From positions 1 through 24,231 of the forward strand of contig NW_021836070.1 of the NCBI RefSeq assembly GCF_006345805.1: a stretch of 24,231 nt of DNA, read 5' to 3'. A program made the position numbers and the translations under genes. Under the pieces are notes generated by a model. That model worked only from the letters and a program-made list of their open reading frames with translations, made no database searches and had not been told where the DNA came from. The stretch is from Octopus sinensis. Its lineage: Eukaryota. This document shows positions 1-8,914 of this stretch, piece after piece. How positions within the stretch are numbered: the first letter of the stretch is position 1; the number at the start of each line of letters is the position of its first letter.

Positions 1-1338
1 GCTGCTAAGACATCAGAGCGCCAAAGGTTATGACCGATAAAGTATATTGGGGAGTAACATCACTGATACAGCCCAGATCAGTCATATCAGGATTGCTGAA
101 AACAGAGCATATGTTTCTGCAATATCTCTCCCATGGTTTTGGCATTGTCTTGAAGAGTACCATTTTCATCAATCAGAGGGCCAACAGTAGAACCAGTGAC
201 TCTGTGTATTTTTGCAAATGAAAAGAACACTTTGGGATTGAGTTTGATCTTCTCAATGGCCCAGGACTCTTCAGCTCTTCACTGACTATTGATGATAGAC
301 ATCATGTTGTTTTGGAGTTTATGTTTTTTAATCTCTAGCGACGAGATGGCAGTCAGGTTGGTGTGTTGCTGTTGACAGTATTTCAGCTCGTTGATTTTTT
401 TGTTAATTCATTTAATTTTCCTGATGAGATATTTTCTATTTCTAGGGATTCGTCACTTAGATTTGTTTGCAGATCTTAATGGGGTGTGGTTTGCACATAT
501 GTTCGTAATGGTGTCTACAAATGACTGCCAGGACTTTTTGATGTTAGTGGGTGTGTATGTGTGCGTGAAGGACCAATCGACTTGTGCAAGATCATTATTG
601 ATCGCTTCCCAGTTTGCATTGTGGAAATCCATAGTGTCAAATGGATGAACAGGAGGGATGACATTTGTTTTGCATTTTGGCCGGTGAAATCTCAGATCAC
701 AGAGAACCATGTCATGGTCGGAGAGTAGAGTTTCTCCACTGCAATATTGTGGGTAGTATCAGTGTGATTGCTGAAAATTAAGTCTAAGAGGTTTTTGTGA
801 CATCTCGTTGGTTCGAGCACCAGTTGGGACAGGAAGAAATCATCCATGAAGTCAAGAAGCGATTCCACTGCCTCCCTGTCAGGGGTTGAGAGAGAAGAAC
901 CTGACGGCAGACTGTTTGTAGACCAGTCAACCCCGGGAAGGTTGAAGTCTCCCATCATTAAAATGTTGTCAGGTTGACACTGCTGAATGAAACACTTTAT
1001 GTTGTTGAGGCATTCCTTGAAGCAAGGTAGGGGCGTTTGGGGTGGTCTGTAGAGCCCAACTACTGTTAAGTTGTTGGTTTGACTGAATACAGCGACTGCT
1101 TCGCAGTATCCATTGGAAAATATGTTCATAGCTTCTGTTGAGAATGAATCATGAACATAAATGGCAGTCCCACCCTTTCTTCTGCCAGCACGATCAGCAC
1201 GAATGGCTTTGAAATTTTAACTTTCACCTCGGCTTCCAAGTGGAGGTTACTAAGATGGGTTTCAGTGAGGACGAAGAAAGGGATGTGGTTTGGATGGGGC
1301 ATCGACCAGTCCTCCAGGAATTTTATCTTCCATTTTTT
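1..1338 (-). mobile_element. Degenerate non-LTR retrotransposon (CR1/L2-group LINE) ORF2 fragment: APE endonuclease plus linker towards RT
   Basis: Across frame breaks the minus strand gives APE motifs in order: [56 protein letters not shown]. Then come the linker (ANWEAINNDLAQVDW; KIKLNPKVFFSFAK; VGPLIDENGTLQDN). It is cut at its 5' side by a (TA)n tract and runs off the window start. Confidence 0.85.
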
Positions 1339-1340
1339 AG

Positions 1341-1437
1341 TATATATATATATATATATATACATAGGTATATACCTACATATATATATATAAATATAAA
1401 TATAAAATATAATATATATATATATATATACATACAA

Positions 1438-1518
<81 letters not shown>

Positions 1519-1575
1519 CATAAATACATGCATTCATACATATACACGTGTATATACCCACATACGCATATATAT
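1341..1575. repeat. (TA)n microsatellite with degenerate CATA edges
   Basis: Directly visible. Confidence 0.97.
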
Positions 1576-1896
1576 CTAAAACAAAAAAAACCCGATCATG
1601 TCCAAAGGGTAGTACTAGATAGTTTTCGGGTGTAATTAAATGTAAATTATAATGTTTATTTGTTAAAGTTAACAGCAGAAAATTTGCATGTGTATGTTTG
1701 TATCTTCCTGCGCGAATGCAAATGTGCCCTTCGCATGCGAAAAACAAACGCACCTACATCTTAAACTGTCACGTCTTTTATTAATATGTCAAGGGAAGTA
1801 ACTCTAAAAGTTGATTTTCAGTTATCTCCCTTACTGATGTAGTTAAGAGAATATAAACTTTTCTGGTTATTTTCTATTTTACACACTTAATTTTTC

Positions 1897-2090
1897 AATT
1901 ATTTGACTGCGGCCATGGTGGAGCAATGCCTTTCTTCGTGCAAATCGACCCCAGGACTTATACTTTGTAGGCCTAGTATTTAAACTATCGGTCCCTTTTT
2001 CCGAACCGCTAAGTTCGGGGAATTGTACACACCAGCACCCGTTGTCCAACGACGTTCGAGAAATAAACAGACATTACAAACACACACACA
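1897..2090. mobile_element. SINE-like interspersed repeat, copy 1, ending in a (CA)n/(TA)n tail
   Basis: Shares blocks with 3070-3240: TTTGTAGGCCTAGTATTTA, CGCTAAGTT(A)CGGGGA, ACACACCAGCACC(C/G)GTTGTC. Resembles a high-copy octopus repeat from memory (not database-checked). Confidence 0.65.
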
Positions 2091-2130
2091 CACATATACA
2101 CACACCACACACACACAACACACATATATA

Positions 2131-2162
<32 letters not shown>

Positions 2163-2328
2163 ATAATAGTTATCGCCATACTAATATGGCATTCTTATAA
2201 AATAAGAAAAAAGCTGTCCGCTTATTAGCTCCATGAGGCCATCGCCTTAAGTAGCTATTTGATACACAAACTGTATCCATATAACCTTCGAACAAGGGAG
2301 GTCAGTCGCTCCACACTACTTGACGGCA

Positions 2329-2370
2329 GCTACAGACGCGTTTCGGGGTATTGCCCCTTTTCAATGCAGC
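2329..2370 (-). ncRNA. Minimal type I hammerhead ribozyme, minus-strand copy
   Basis: Exact reverse complement of 2699-2740. Confidence 0.8.
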
Positions 2371-2698
2371 GTAGCCAGCCAGTAGGTGTCGCTTCCGACA
2401 ATCTCTGTTCGATGGTTTTATTTACCTAGTTTCGGTGGAATACATCCACTTGTTTTCAATAATAGAAATATTAAAATAACTAAGTCTCTCTAAAAGAGAA
2501 CAGCGGCAGCGTTCCCGGAATGCCATATTAGTATGGCGATAACTATTATTTTCGGAACGCTGCCGCTGTTCTCTTTTAGAGAGACTTAGTTATTTTAATA
2601 TTTCTATTATTGAAAACAAGTGGATGTATTCCACCGAAACTAGGTAAATAAAACCATCGAACAGAGATTGTCGGAAGCGACACCTACTGGCTGGCTAC

Positions 2699-2740
2699 GC
2701 TGCATTGAAAAGGGGCAATACCCCGAAACGCGTCTGTAGC
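2699..2740 (+). ncRNA. Minimal type I hammerhead ribozyme
   Basis: Stem I GCUGCA/UGUAGC (one GU pair); core UUGAAAA (U3/A8 variant of CUGANGA); stem II GGGG-CAAUA-CCCC; GAAA; palindromic stem III ACGCGU; cleavage triplet GUC (predicted cut after 2734). Confidence 0.8.
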
Positions 2741-2966
2741 TGCCGGTCAAGTAGTGTGGAGCGACTGACCTCCCTTGTTCGAAGGTTATATGGATACAGT
2801 TTTGTGTATCAAATAGCTAACTTAAGGCGATGGCCTCATGGAGCTAATAAGCGGACAGCTTTTTTCTTATTTTTATAAGAATGCCATATTAGTATGGCGA
2901 TAACTATTATTTTCCGGAACGCTGCCGCTGTTCTCTTTTAGAGAGACTTAGTTATTTTAATATTTC

Positions 2967-2972
<6 letters not shown>

Positions 2973-3049
<77 letters not shown>

Positions 3050-3068
3050 TATATATATACATATATAT
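2973..3068. repeat. (TA)n microsatellite
   Basis: Directly visible. Confidence 0.97.
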
Positions 3069-3069
3069 T

Positions 3070-3240
3070 CCATGCCGCAGCAGCGCCTTTATTCGCGAAA
3101 TTCGAACCCAATACTTATTTTTTGTAGGCCTAGTATTTATCTATTTTCTCTTATGACGAAACGCTAAGTTACGGGGACATGAACACACCAGCACCGGTTG
3201 TCAAGCGGTGTTGGAGGGATAAACAGACATACAAACGTGT
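3070..3240. mobile_element. SINE-like interspersed repeat, copy 2 (same family and orientation as 1897-2090)
   Basis: Shared sequence blocks with copy 1; followed by TA/CA/GT microsatellites. Confidence 0.65.
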
Positions 3241-3344
3241 ATATATATATAGCCCCCCACACACACACACATATATGTATATATATGTTTGTGTGAGTGT
3301 GTGTGTGTGTGTGTGTGTATGTGTGTGTGTGTGTGTGTGTGTAT
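3241..3344. repeat. Compound (TA)n-(CA)n-(GT)n microsatellite
   Basis: Directly visible. Confidence 0.9.
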
Positions 3345-3489
3345 GTTCCGCCTATCAATTCCACTCACAAGGTTTGGTGGCACGAGTCTATAGTAGAAGA
3401 CACTAGCCCAAGATAACATGCAGTGGGACTGAACCAAGAACACTGCGTTTCGTAGGGAAGCTACTTATCACACAGCCATTCCTACGCCT
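3345..3489 (-). mobile_element. tRNA-derived SINE 5' portion
   Basis: Minus strand reads GGCGTAGGAATGGCTGTGTGATAAGTAGCTT...GGTTCAGTCCCACTGCATG...CTTGGGCTAGTGTCTTCTACTATAG (A-box/B-box-like). Homologous to 3625-3730. Confidence 0.65.
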
Positions 3490-3491
3490 AT

Positions 3492-3620
<129 letters not shown>

Positions 3621-3624
3621 CTCA

Positions 3625-3730
3625 GTGGGGGGTTGCCTGCTTACCAACCACACGGTTCCTGGTGCAGTCCCACCGCGTGGCAGCTTAGACAAGTGTTTTC
3701 TTCTATCGTCCCGAGTCGACTAAATCCTTA
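3625..3730 (+). mobile_element. tRNA-derived SINE fragment, same family as 3345-3489
   Basis: GTTCCTGGTGCAGTCCCACCGCGTGGCAGCTTAGACAAGTGTTTTCTTCTAT aligns by eye to the minus-strand copy at 3345-3489. Confidence 0.6.
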
Positions 3731-3907
3731 TTTTGTTGATGAGGAAACATATGTACAACATTAATCCATTATTTAGTTGTAATTTAATTTCATAACGTTG
3801 ACTGTGGTGCTATTTCTATGTGGAATATAGTCGGCGACTTTGACCGGTGGGTCTATGTCTAGCACATAGAGCTAACATACTCAAAGTTGGCTCTCTAATA
3901 TTTACGG

Positions 3908-3954
<47 letters not shown>

Positions 3955-3957
<3 letters not shown>

Positions 3958-4258
3958 TTATGGCTGCCCCCTCATCATCGAGTATGGCCATTGCACGAAG
4001 CTTAACTGTTACTGGAGGTGTGATCGAATGTGACTTTTTAGCCCAGTCTTGTACAGAATTGGCAACTAAAACCTTTACCGGTAATAGCCGGCTGTAGTTG
4101 TAACTGGGCTTCATGTACCTTTGCATGTCGTTTAAGTCCTCCTGCCGAATTACACTCTCTTCCACATGCCCGACAGATATGATTAGTATGGTGTGTTACA
4201 CCACCCCCAGTGGCCAGGTTGTCACTCATCTGTCTCGTTTTATGACTACGAAGTCTAT
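3955..4258 (-). mobile_element. Probable 3' end of an RTE-clade LINE: C-terminal zinc-finger-like repeats and short 3' UTR running into (TA)n
   Basis: HICRACGRECNSAGGLKRHAKVH, then FSCQFCTR..[frame break]..GLKSHIRSH, then ATGGCCATACTCGATGATGAGGGGGCAGCCA and a TA tail. The clade call rests on recalled RTE C-terminal motifs. Confidence 0.55.
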
Positions 4259-4260
4259 TC

Positions 4261-4655
4261 CTGTATGTATGTATGTATGCATGCATGTATGTGCGTATAT
4301 GAGTATGTCTATAACAATAATATATGCATACATATGCATATGTATTATATATTTATATATGTATACACACATAGATACATACATACATGTATATACACAC
4401 ACATACATACATACATGCATACACACCCATACCTACATACATACATGCATACACACCCATACATACATACATACATGCATACATACCCATACATGCATGC
4501 ATACATACATACATACATACATACATACATACATACATACTCACAAACGCATACACATGTCATATGTGTGTATTGAATAAATTTGAATAATTGTGTGTAT
4601 GTGTGTGTGTGTGCATTTGCGTGTGTGTTTGTGAGTGTGTGCGCGCGCGCGCGAC
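4261..4655. repeat. (TATG)n/(CATA)n microsatellites with a ~30-bp higher-order unit, then (GT)n/(GC)n
   Basis: Directly visible; the unit ATACATGCATACACACCCATAC(C/A)TACATAC repeats about 3 times. Confidence 0.9.
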
Positions 4656-5371
4656 AGAAAGACAGACAGAGAATGAGATTGAAGCATCTACTTTCTAATC
4701 CAAAGTAATATAATTGTTTCCATATTGTGTTTATGACGTCACAATATCGTTGACGTTTTTTTTTTTTTCGTGAGATTTGGTTTGAAAACTCTTCAGTCTC
4801 TTTCAACCTTTCTCGGTGATTAGAGGCTAGGGAATGTGTGCGCCAGGGGGCATACCCAGACATCTGAAGACTAGGGTGAAGTAACAGACATCTTCAGCTT
4901 GTTTTTGATGTTTGTGAGGTTGTTTTATGCACCTTTGAGTTCTTAAGCACCCAATCTAACATGCTGGTTGGTAGCATAACATAGTGACAAGGTTTCCGGT
5001 AGCATTCCTGTACCCGGATGAACTGTTAACCAGGCCATTTCAGGAGAGAAAACCTGGGGGTTCCAACCAGAAACATATACCTCACTCGCAATACATTCAA
5101 TAATATATTTTATTATAAATAGTGAGAAAGTAAAGAATGTGACGTTAAATAATAAAGATGATGGAAACGAAATACTGCTTCCTCAAGTTATAATCATTCG
5201 TGTGTCAAGAAAATATACTTATAAACATGGTAAGTATTTAAATGAATATAAAAAATATTGTCTGTTGCTATTAAACTGTTTGAAGATCTTTTTAAGAGAT
5301 TTTTTTTTATAGTAAAGCAAAATAAATTCTTCATTAGATGTTCGATATTCTGCTTATATCACTATTTTTTG

Positions 5372-5599
5372 TTCCTTCTCGAGTCATGCCTGGCTCATGA
5401 GGGTCGGTTTCCCTCTTTCATTGGCGTATAGGTTCCCTACCTGGACAGGATACCGGTCTCTCGCATGTGAGCTGCTAGATGCAGGAGGAAAGTGTGAGAG
5501 GAAGTTGTGGCGAAAGAATCAGCGAAAGTTAACTATTTCATTACCTTCTGCCGGAGCCACGTGGTGCTTATGTGTTTTGCTCATAAACCATAAACACAC
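5372..5599 (-). mobile_element. 3' part of a tRNA-derived SINE that was split by Gypsy A1
   Basis: Ends ...CATAAACACAC immediately before the A1 LTR. The SINE head resumes at 17488 as CACACACATCCCCCGGTCTGAGATTCGAACC. CACAC is duplicated at both ends. Continuity of the two halves also relies on a recalled octopus SINE consensus. Confidence 0.65.
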
Positions 5600-5653
5600 T
5601 GTGGTGTGTGGTGAAGGAGTGTGACGGATGGGGGAGAGCGGAAGTGGGGCTTG
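5600..5653 (+). repeat. 5' LTR remnant of A1 (54 bp)
   Basis: Identical to the first 54 nt of the LTR at 22552; fused directly to mid-gag sequence. Confidence 0.9.
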
Positions 5654-5738
5654 GGGAGAATGAGATGGACTGGGCAACAGGTGGACGTGTTTGCCAATGA
5701 GCTTAGAAGACTGGCTAAATTGGCGGGTTATGAGGGAG
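5651..5738 (+). pseudogene. gag: A1 gag fragment (LGRMRWTGQQVDVFANELRRLAKLAGYEG)
   Basis: Homologous to 19175-19262 and to B gag (LGAIRWTGGQVDDFASEARRLATLAG); continues at 9994 after the B insertion. Confidence 0.85.
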
Positions 5739-6034
5739 TGTAGTGAGTGTGTGCGATTTGAATATAGAGGCACCTACCTTCTCTTCGTGGTGACGGAGAT
5801 CCTCCCGAGATGGCTGGTCCTTCCTCACAGCCCCTACCCGAACACTAACGATAGCAGCTGCTAGCCCCAAACCCTTTAGCGACTTCCTCGCACGTCTTGT
5901 CACCAGCACAACCCACGTTGGAAAGGTCAACTTCCGCCCCCTGCGCGCGCTTGACGGCTGACCCCTTCCGCTTGCCCCAGCTTCCGGTCAACGCACCCCG
6001 CTGGCTGACGTCCTGCTGCTGACGTCATCCCACA
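5739..6034 (-). repeat. 3' LTR of element B (296 bp)
   Basis: Matches 9670-9993 except in an internal short tandem-repeat block. Confidence 0.95.
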
Positions 6035-6043
6035 CGCCACCCT
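6035..6043 (-). promoter_or_regulatory. Polypurine tract of B (AGGGTGGCG abutting the LTR TG)
   Basis: Position immediately upstream of the 3' LTR. Family A equivalents: AGGGAGGCG (17217-17225) and AGGGGGGCG (22543-22551). Confidence 0.65.
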
Positions 6044-6047
6044 GATC

Positions 6048-7571
6048 TTAAAGATCACAATCTCTCCGCTCCATGTTGTAGTCTACCATCCAACCGGGAG
6101 AACGCCTTGCTCGTCGAGATCTTCTCAAGCTGGGCTCCTCACTCTCCCCCTCTCCCGAATCATCGTCCGTCGAAGCAACAATCCTGCGAAGGTCCAAGAC
6201 ATGTCGAGGTGTGCCATCTACGGATACGTTGCTTCTGGAATTGATCGCCGTCACCGTTCCTCTGCTCCATTGAGACGTACAGCGCGCCTTTGGTGGCTTG
6301 ACCCAGACTTCCTCCCCTATTTTCACGCGAACGGGTCCCTTCTCTTCCTCGTGACCCTCTGGCGCTTTGCTCGGGTGCCTCCATTCATATTTGAACACAG
6401 CTCTCTGCGGCACAGATTCCTCAGCCTGTCCGGATCGGGGAGACAAGTTGTACCAAAAAACTGCTTCAAGCGGCGAAATGTGCCCTCTTTCCGCTATGGC
6501 CTTGACTGTCCGATGGTACCTCTCCACGATCCCGTTACCGCCCGGCCTATACGCTGCTCTGAACAAGCGTCGCACGTTCCACCGATCAAGCATAACCCTC
6601 AATGCTTCCGAACGAAACGCCGCCCCGTTGTCCATCAGTAGTTCTTCCACGGGACCTCTCTCTAAAAATATCCCGTTCAGGATCTGCACGATCTCGTCAG
6701 CAATGCCCGATCTCAACTCCCTCCAAATGGCCAGCCGGCCCGGCCCACAGTCGACCATGGAGAGGTACATTCGCTGACGGTAGTGTGTCACATCCACAGC
6801 TAGCCTTTTCCAGTTCTGCTCCACGGAAAGGCTTCCCTGTTCATGCCCACACGGAGCAGGGTCGATGGACTGACACCTGTCGCAGCTCCCGACCACCTTC
6901 CGGACGCTTCTCCTGGTCACGTCAGCATCAATCTTTTTTGCCAGATACAGGGTCCTGTCCACACCCAGGTGATGCATAGCGTGCAGTTTCTTCAGTTCAG
7001 AGTCATCCAACCGACACGCCGCAGCTATCCCTTTCCGGGCCTCCTCCGGTTCTTCCAACCACGCCCTTTTCATCCTGGTCAGTACGTCCGCCTTGTTTTT
7101 CTCCGAAGGCACGAAGACCACGTTCAGCTTCAGTCCGAATTCGGCGATCAATTCACCTAGAACTCCTAGACGGCGCTTCACTAACATCTCCGCAGCACCT
7201 TTCGTCCGCACTCTCCTGTCACCGGTGATCACCGATCCTACCCAGCCAAGTACAGTGGCCGAATCCGTCCGCATTTCAATCGTGCGCAGCCCCCATTTCA
7301 AGGTCAAGTTCACCCCTTTCAGCAGCGCGTCTAATTCGGCGACATTGATGTGGTTGAAATCATCTGCTTTCCGAAGCCAGGCCGCGTCCTCCACCGCAGT
7401 GCCTTCGATTGCCAACACCACCCCTATCGCTATACTGCTAGCATCACACCAGACGGTCCCGCATTTCGTCTTGGGCACGTACCAGTTCCCCCTGACCGGG
7501 TCTTCCGCTCTTGTCCTCTCTAGAATCTCCTGCATCATCGCCACCGTCCCTTCTCCCCCTTGTCGCCCCAC
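6048..7571 (-). CDS. pol: B pol, RNase H and integrase portion
   Basis: WCDASS, INVAELDA, RTDSATV, NKADVLTR (RNase H); HAMHHLG..CDRC (HHCC); LAVD, LLMDNGAAF, GIVERYHRTVK (DDE); C-terminal RRSRRARRSPGWMVDY. Confidence 0.92.
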   Translation of the reverse strand: MGRQGGEGTVAMMQEILERTRAEDPVRGNWYVPKTKCGTVWCDASSIAIGVVLAIEGTAVEDAAWLRKADDFNHINVAELDALLKGVNLTLKWGLRTIEMRTDSATVLGWVGSVITGDRRVRTKGAAEMLVKRRLGVLGELIAEFGLKLNVVFVPSEKNKADVLTRMKRAWLEEPEEARKGIAAACRLDDSELKKLHAMHHLGVDRTLYLAKKIDADVTRRSVRKVVGSCDRCQSIDPAPCGHEQGSLSVEQNWKRLAVDVTHYRQRMYLSMVDCGPGRLAIWRELRSGIADEIVQILNGIFLERGPVEELLMDNGAAFRSEALRVMLDRWNVRRLFRAAYRPGGNGIVERYHRTVKAIAERGHISPLEAVFWYNLSPRSGQAEESVPQRAVFKYEWRHPSKAPEGHEEEKGPVRVKIGEEVWVKPPKARCTSQWSRGTVTAINSRSNVSVDGTPRHVLDLRRIVASTDDDSGEGESEEPSLRRSRRARRSPGWMVDYNMERRDCDL

Positions 7572-8248
7572 CTCTCTCCTTCTGCTCGTCTCTTGGTGTA
7601 ACTACACGCCGTGCGCAGCCATCCAGCGATCGGGTAGTGACCGACCAACTTCCCACACACCGAGAACAGCTCTCTCCTGCTGACGCTGGAACTCAGCTCT
7701 GGGATTTCATTTCCTCTCCGGAACACCAATTCACCTGATCTATCTCTTCGCAGCTTCAGCCCCAGCGCGGCTCCCCCTTCAATCGACTCCGGTGGCTTAG
7801 CAACCAGTCCGAACTTCTCCAGATGTCTCACTACCTCGTCGGCTGGCACTACAGTTTCGTCCACCAAAATGTCGTCAATGTAGGAGCTGGTGGCCTTCCT
7901 AATCTTGCCGTCTTTCCCTAGGACGGACCTAAGCACTGCCGCCATGATCTTCGGAGCGGAATTCAGCCCGAAACCCAGCCTGGTTAGACAGTACGTCCGG
8001 CCCTTGTACCGCACCAGCTGATATCGCCATAGTTTGTCGCTCACATGGAGCTGCAAGTATGCCGATCTCAAGTCGACAATCGTCGCTGCCTCAGTCGACT
8101 GTCTCCACTTACGTAATGCCTCACCACAAACGTCTGTCGCCTCACCTCCCGTGTGACACGATATGTGCTGGTTTAGCTCCCTGAAGTCCAGCACCGGTCT
8201 GACTTTTCCCTTCGTAGGCTGCACCACCGCCATCAGGTAGCACTCCAC
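7535..8248 (-). CDS. pol: B pol, reverse transcriptase portion (frame breaks near 8240 and 7560)
   Basis: VRPVLDFRELN, IVDLRSAYLQL, LGFGLNSAP, SYIDDILV. Confidence 0.92.
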   Translation of the reverse strand: MECYLMAVVQPTKGKVRPVLDFRELNQHISCHTGGEATDVCGEALRKWRQSTEAATIVDLRSAYLQLHVSDKLWRYQLVRYKGRTYCLTRLGFGLNSAPKIMAAVLRSVLGKDGKIRKATSSYIDDILVDETVVPADEVVRHLEKFGLVAKPPESIEGGAALGLKLRRDRSGELVFRRGNEIPELSSSVSRRELFSVCGKLVGHYPIAGWLRTACSYTKRRAEGERWGDKGEKGRWR

Positions 8249-8914
8249 CCGCTACCTCCTCCTTCCAAGGGACAAGGACCCCTTCCTCGATCCACCTCTC
8301 CACCTCGTCTTCAAACCCAACCCTGGCTTGGCCTTTCAGGGTATGCTGGTAACAGCTCACCCTGTTCTCCAGTGTCGGGGGCTCGTCCTTCCATTTCCAC
8401 TCTATCGTCCACCGCTGACCATCGAACGCCGTCTGGAAGTCTTTGTCCTCGATGGTGTAAGCGGCGCAGTCCCTCGTGGGGCTCTGCTCCCTCTGGCGAT
8501 CCTGACTCGCAGTGCACGACGCCCCCACGCTTCCGAACGTGACCTCATTTCCCACAACACTGACGCCACCGAGGCAGTTGATGGCGTCCATCCCCATCAC
8601 CACATCAACTCCATTTATCACGCGTTCGGCCACAATTGCCTGTAGCCTTAGCGTCGCGCCGCGCACCACTATCTCTACCTTGCTGCTGCCTCTGCAACGG
8701 ATTTCGCTGCCGTCGACCGCCCGGACACTACACACCCCGTTCCATTCCTTCGTCACCCTCGAAGTCACCAGGGTGGTCGTACAGCCCGTATCCACAAGGG
8801 CCTTGAACGTCTCCCCCTCGGCCTCCACATCAATTAATGGCAGCGTCTCCAATAGCGCCTCTACTCGTTTGAGGGGAAAGTTCGAGAGGCAGCAACTTCC
8901 CGCGGTCGTTTCCC
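8142..8914 (-). CDS. pol: B pol, aspartic protease and N-terminal RT portion
   Basis: LPLIDV..KALVDTGCTTTLV..VDVVMGMDAI; begins at the GGGAAAC slippery site. Confidence 0.9.

Larger units (their letters stand above)
2162..2972. mobile_element. Hammerhead-ribozyme-bearing ~361-bp repeat (Penelope pseudo-LTR / non-LTR retrozyme-like) in fold-back arrangement: one minus-strand unit followed by ~1.25 plus-strand tandem units
   Basis: 2162-2520 is the reverse complement of ~2550-2911, with the few differences I found being 1-bp indels. TGCCATATTAGTATGGCGATAACTATTATT recurs at 2521 and 2882 (period 361). Flanked on both sides by (TA)n. Confidence 0.8.

Noticed and set aside
1126-1753. ORFs rich in YI/IY, and HT/CV/YV-rich ORFs at 3164-3692, 4113-4863, 18072-18433 and 23291-23631
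   Set aside because: These are translations of (TA)n, (CA)n, (CATA)n and (GT)n microsatellites, which lack stops in some frames; not genes.
4864-4897. CTGAAGA on both strands, resembling a hammerhead core
   Set aside because: No stem II followed by GAAA and no cleavage triplet on either strand; just a 7-bp inverted repeat.
5715-5930. ORF inside the B LTR (also 9649-9834)
   Set aside because: Short, present twice only because the LTR is repeated, and with no homology signal I can recognise.
6048-6400. Chromodomain or env-like ORF after integrase
   Set aside because: The C-terminus is short and ends just before the PPT; no chromodomain motif and no room for an extra ORF.
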